This document shows positions 60,065-64,000 of a DNA stretch of 64,000 nt, one piece after another. The notes under the pieces were generated by a model. That model was not told the origin of the DNA and did no database searches. It saw only the letters and a list, made by a program, of their open reading frames with translations. The position numbers were made by a program, and so were the translations under genes. Source of the stretch: Pelomyxa schiedti (taxonomy: Eukaryota; Protista; Evosea); assembly GCA_020536535.1 (NCBI GenBank), contig JAHLWZ010000626.1:62312-126311 (forward strand), written 5' to 3'. The number at the start of each line of letters is the position of its first letter. Position 1 is the first letter of the stretch.

Positions 60065-62632
60065 ATGCCGCGGGGGAAAGCACAGAGGAACGCGTCCAAT
60101 GCGGCGAGGAAGCACGCCAAGATGGCGCAAACGCAAATGGAGGCGCTGATAAAGAAGAAGGAGAAGGATAAAAAGCGAGCCGAGAGGAAGCTGAACGAGA
60201 CGAGCCAGCCGCCTTTGGTTTTGTTTGACAGCCCATCGGCTGCAACTGTAACTGTGATCACCCCAACGCCTGCGAAACGGAAACCGAAATACAAGCCGAA
60301 ACCGAGGCCAAAACCGGCAACGAAAACTGAAAATGAAACTGACACTATTGTTGCTGCTGCTACTACTACTTCAACCACGACGAGTACTCAGAATTCTGGT
60401 ACTGCTGTTATGCAGGAGGATAGTGTACCATCTGTGGCGGCACAGAAAGTTCCAACTCCAACTCCAGAATCAGCTGCGGCCCCAATCCCAATCCCTGAGA
60501 AAGCTTCGCAGAGAGTGAGGCCACAAGAGATATCTGAAAGTGAAGAGGAGGACGACATGGAAGGGGAGGCAAAGCAAGCTGGAAGAAAAAGGCAGGCAAC
60601 TACCACTGTTACCAAATCAAATTCCTCGAGGGCAAAGCAACCACGAGTGTATGTATAGTTATCACTCCCAAGATATCATTTTCATGTTGCTCTTTTCTTA
60701 CTGTCTCAGGCAACCCCAGACTGCAAATGATTTCGTTAGGTGGCTGAGTGGGCCAATGCATGTCATGGAATGGAAGTTGGATGTCAGTCATTGAACTCCT
60801 TTTCATTAACTTTCTGATATTCTTCCAGCAATTCAGAAATCTATTGCTTCAATCCATTACCCGAAATTTGCCTGCTACCATGAGGGTAAATAATAACCCA
60901 CAAGTTTTTTTCTAAAGTGCACCAACAACCACAAAAGACAAAGGTATCAATGCCATCTGAGGACTTCCGTAAGGTTGTTCTTGTAGTAGTGGACTGTGTC
61001 CCAGAACGCATTTACAAAGAGAACGCTGGCCTACTCCCTGTACTTCAGCCAGACAAATCTATCCTACCCGTATTATTGCCTAGTATGTATCAGGGTGAGG
61101 GATCCAATCCATTGACACTACTGCAGAAAAAGAATCAGTATTTGACAACTTGATGGTATTAAGTAAGTGCACCTCTGTTGCGCCAGTGGGATCCGTTCCA
61201 GTAGAACAGTTCTTATTACCTGAAAGAGCAGAGTTCAATCCCGATACAATGTCTTCTCTCGTTTTTCGTTCGCATAATCTTATTGATTACTAGAAACTTC
61301 AAATCAACTCAATCTTTACCCTCAGAGGAAACACTACCCCCCAACAAAGCTGTCATTGCAATACAATGCGAAATGGTTTCTCTTTCTATTTCGTCACTAC
61401 GTTTTAATCCGTTTTCCAGGTCAAAGGAAAAACTGGTCTGCAGTTGGCGAGGATCACATTGGTTGATCAAACACTGCAAACACTTTTAGATACACTGGTT
61501 AAGCCTGAAGAGCCAATTGAAGATTGTATGACAAGGTTTGCCACCCAAGGGAAAAAAATGACATGCCAAAAAACATTTCAATACAGTACACATGGGATTT
61601 CAGAGGACTTATTATCTGCTGCCGCTTTTACATTTGAGCAAGTTCAGAATATGTTGTTAAAAGTGGTTTCCTCTGAAGTAATTCTTGTTGGCCACAATAT
61701 TGAGAGCATTCTAAATAGTTTGAAGGTATGGAAAAAGGTGGCTTTTCTACTTTATTTTACAGGCTGGTAGGTCAAACACTCTCGATTGGTTGACGTAGGG
61801 GGATTATTCATATCTCCTATTCACCCCGTCAAAGAGAGCCTGGAGGTTCTTGCTCTCACCCACCTGCACATTTCAAACAAGCCATTACACAGTGTTGACG
61901 CCGCTATTGCTTCAATGAAGCTTCTTCAACTCAAAATTTCTGGAGGTGAGAGCTCTCACATGGCATACAACGGTTTTTCATTTATGCAGGAACAAGTGTT
62001 GGCATCAGTCTTCTTGACTGGCTAGAAGAACATCAAAAAAACACAACTTACATAGATTCTGCCGCGTTGTCTTCTAAGTGGTACGGAAATGGAGATCACA
62101 AATTTGTCAAATCTGTTATCACTACAAACGATGCCGAGGTTTTTCCATCCATTGACCAAAGCAAGTTTAATATCTCCACAGACAACAGGCACTGTTGTTA
62201 AACTGCTGCAGGATGACACAACACATGTTGTACTTGCACACTTGCAATGCTACAACCCACCAAGTAAAGGAAGCTAGTGAGATTTTTTGTTGGCCTAATA
62301 CCATTCCAGATTCTTCCCAAATAAACGCCGCTCTCTCCAGCTACAATGAGTCTATTAAGACCATTCTAGGGAGCACCCCACCCAACTCCTTTGCACTAGT
62401 AATAACAACAGGGGCTCCAAAATCCCTCAGGCATGTTGGCCAACAACAACTTCTCCCCCACTTCACTTACCCAAAAGCTAACACCTCAAAAAACAAAAGT
62501 AGTGACACGGGTGGGACCAAAGAATCCAAGGAGCGGGTAATTTGCCGGCTTCACTTCTCTCCGCTTGCGCCAGCACCTCCACAGACCAAAAGAAAAAACA
62601 AACCAAAGAAATGCAACCACCATGACCATTGA
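60065..62632 (+). CDS. Rex1/REXO5/SDN5-like DEDDh 3'-5' exonuclease homologue with degenerate catalytic motifs
   Basis: Basic disordered N-terminus; FRKVVLVVV; IAIQCEM|V...LARITLVD...LLDTLVKPEEPIED; LVGHNIESILNSLK; LHSVDAAIASMKLL; C-terminal NSFALVITTG. Confidence 0.8.
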
Positions 62633-62928
62633 AAGGCACCCGCGCCAGGCGACTTGGAGATTGAGAGATTCATTTTTTTCCTGTTTTTGAGCACAAATTG
62701 GGGGAACAAAATAAAAGGAAACAAAAACTAAAACGATACATGAGACAGCACGAGTTAATCAAAACAATAAAAAAACCCAGATCTAGTCATAGCTGCCATA
62801 CCGTACAGCAAGGCATTTCTGTGTTACGCTTTTTTTTTTTTTTATGACTGCCTTGCACAAACCAGAGATTTTAACCCTTTAGCTAAAATCTCCGGTGACC
62901 GGCGGTGCGATGTTCTGGGATCGACAAA

Positions 62929-63000
62929 GATGGATCGCGGTGGACCGCGATGCATCGGGATGGGATAGGGGGATGGAGCGGGATGGATCGCGGTGGACCG
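62929..63000. repeat. 19-bp direct repeat GATGGATCGCGGTGGACCG x2 within a GGATG-rich tract
   Basis: Copies at 62929-62947 and 62982-63000, just upstream of the assembly gap. Confidence 0.9.
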
Positions 63001-63085
63001 GGATGGATGGTGATGGTGAGCCGTCGGCGAGGGTTTTTGGAGCCAGGCTGGCAACAAATAAATAAATAAATTTCTTTTTCCCTTT

Positions 63086-63185
63086 NNNNNNNNNNNNNNN
63101 NNNNNNNNNNNNNNNNNNNNNNNNNNNNNNNNNNNNNNNNNNNNNNNNNNNNNNNNNNNNNNNNNNNNNNNNNNNNNNNNNNNNN
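63086..63185. other. Assembly gap (run of N)
   Basis: Ns in the sequence. Confidence 1.
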
Positions 63186-63187
63186 TC

Positions 63188-64000
63188 GGGGTGTCACTCA
63201 CAGAGGGGGTCCTGCCAATCACGCCGCATGCTTCACATGCTGATGTTCCCCTTGGTGAGAATGACAGATTGGTGGGGTCGATATCTCCCACCAAAGCTGT
63301 CATAAGGGCTGCTGCGTGTAGGGTTGAAAGGGTTGACAATGGATATCACTTGTTCGATATGGTAGGAGGTACACTTCAGGTGTTGGATTACAGTGACCGT
63401 GACCACCCATTGCGTGAGGTTATTGGAGCCGGCGAGGATTATCTGTGTGCGTTCTTCACACTGATACTGTGCAGTGACAAGTGGGTGGTGGAAATATGTG
63501 CTAAGGCCACCATGTCAATATGGCTTGTTTCAGAGGGTGTCATACAACCAAGGGTGACTTTCAAGGTTCCCTTTGTTTTTGATGACTATGTGTCCGACTT
63601 TGATTTTATGGTCACAGACACCAATCAATGTATTGCCAAAGGCTATGAGCTGTCGATTGTGAGCCTAGACAGTGACAATGAGCGGTGGATGAATGCCAAG
63701 CGGGATGCAGAGGGCTATAAAAAACTCCAGTGGAAGTTCCGCCAAGTCGACATTTACAAGTCCTACGTGGAGGGGTGCCTGGTCGAAGCGCGCAGTTTAA
63801 CCTTCCAGAGTCCTGGTGCAGGGAGTACTGTCTGGCCTGACTTCATTGTTCTTGGTGGAGGCAACTTACTCGTGAGTATTGATGACACCTGCAGGGGCAG
63901 AAGTCGGCTCGTGATCCTTTCAAACGGGGTCAAGCTGAAGCACCACATATTTAGCTCCCCGAAAGCAGGACCGATCATAAGTGACAGGTACGTTGGTGTG
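63188..64000 (+). CDS. Partial uninterrupted ORF (271 codons, open at both ends), beta-strand-rich hypothetical protein
   Basis: Frame from 63188 has no stop to the window end (...LCSDKWVVEICAKATMSIWLVSEG...); absent from the ORF track because it runs off the edge. Confidence 0.7.

Noticed and set aside
62842-63339. Minus-strand ORFs spanning the N gap
   Set aside because: Artefacts of translating through Ns.
1-64000. Prokaryotic defence system, CRISPR, transposase/retroelement, or recoded stop codons
   Set aside because: No repeat-spacer array or RT/integrase/transposase motifs were seen; in-frame stops within genes are explained by short spliceosomal introns.

Overview
Gene-dense, intron-rich eukaryotic genomic DNA: many 30-110 nt GT-AG introns, GC-rich low-complexity first exons, and intergenic gaps often under 200 bp. 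About 27 protein-coding genes were reconstructed by hand-splicing; no credible rRNA, CRISPR array or transposon was found. The content (Entamoeba-type transmembrane kinase, Dictyostelium-type GPCR and IPT/TIG receptor kinase, a TMEM218-like ciliary protein) suggests a flagellated amoebozoan such as an archamoeba; this is an inference. Most notable: (1) a ~9 kb sacsin-like gene with two intact GHKL-ATPase repeats ending in a C-terminal F-box-like motif; (2) an intact cathepsin L-like gene whose catalytic Cys codon is TAT (Tyr); (3) a Rex1/REXO-like exonuclease with its DEDDh residues replaced; (4) a CUE-like + 3x SKICH-like protein resembling a selective-autophagy receptor; (5) a surface protein built from bacterial-looking beta-propeller and beta-sandwich repeats; (6) small multi-exon genes invisible to the ORF track (TMEM218-like, tandem zinc-finger, duplicated zinc-ribbon + F-box/SOCS-like tail). 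Exon boundaries and some start codons are manual inferences.
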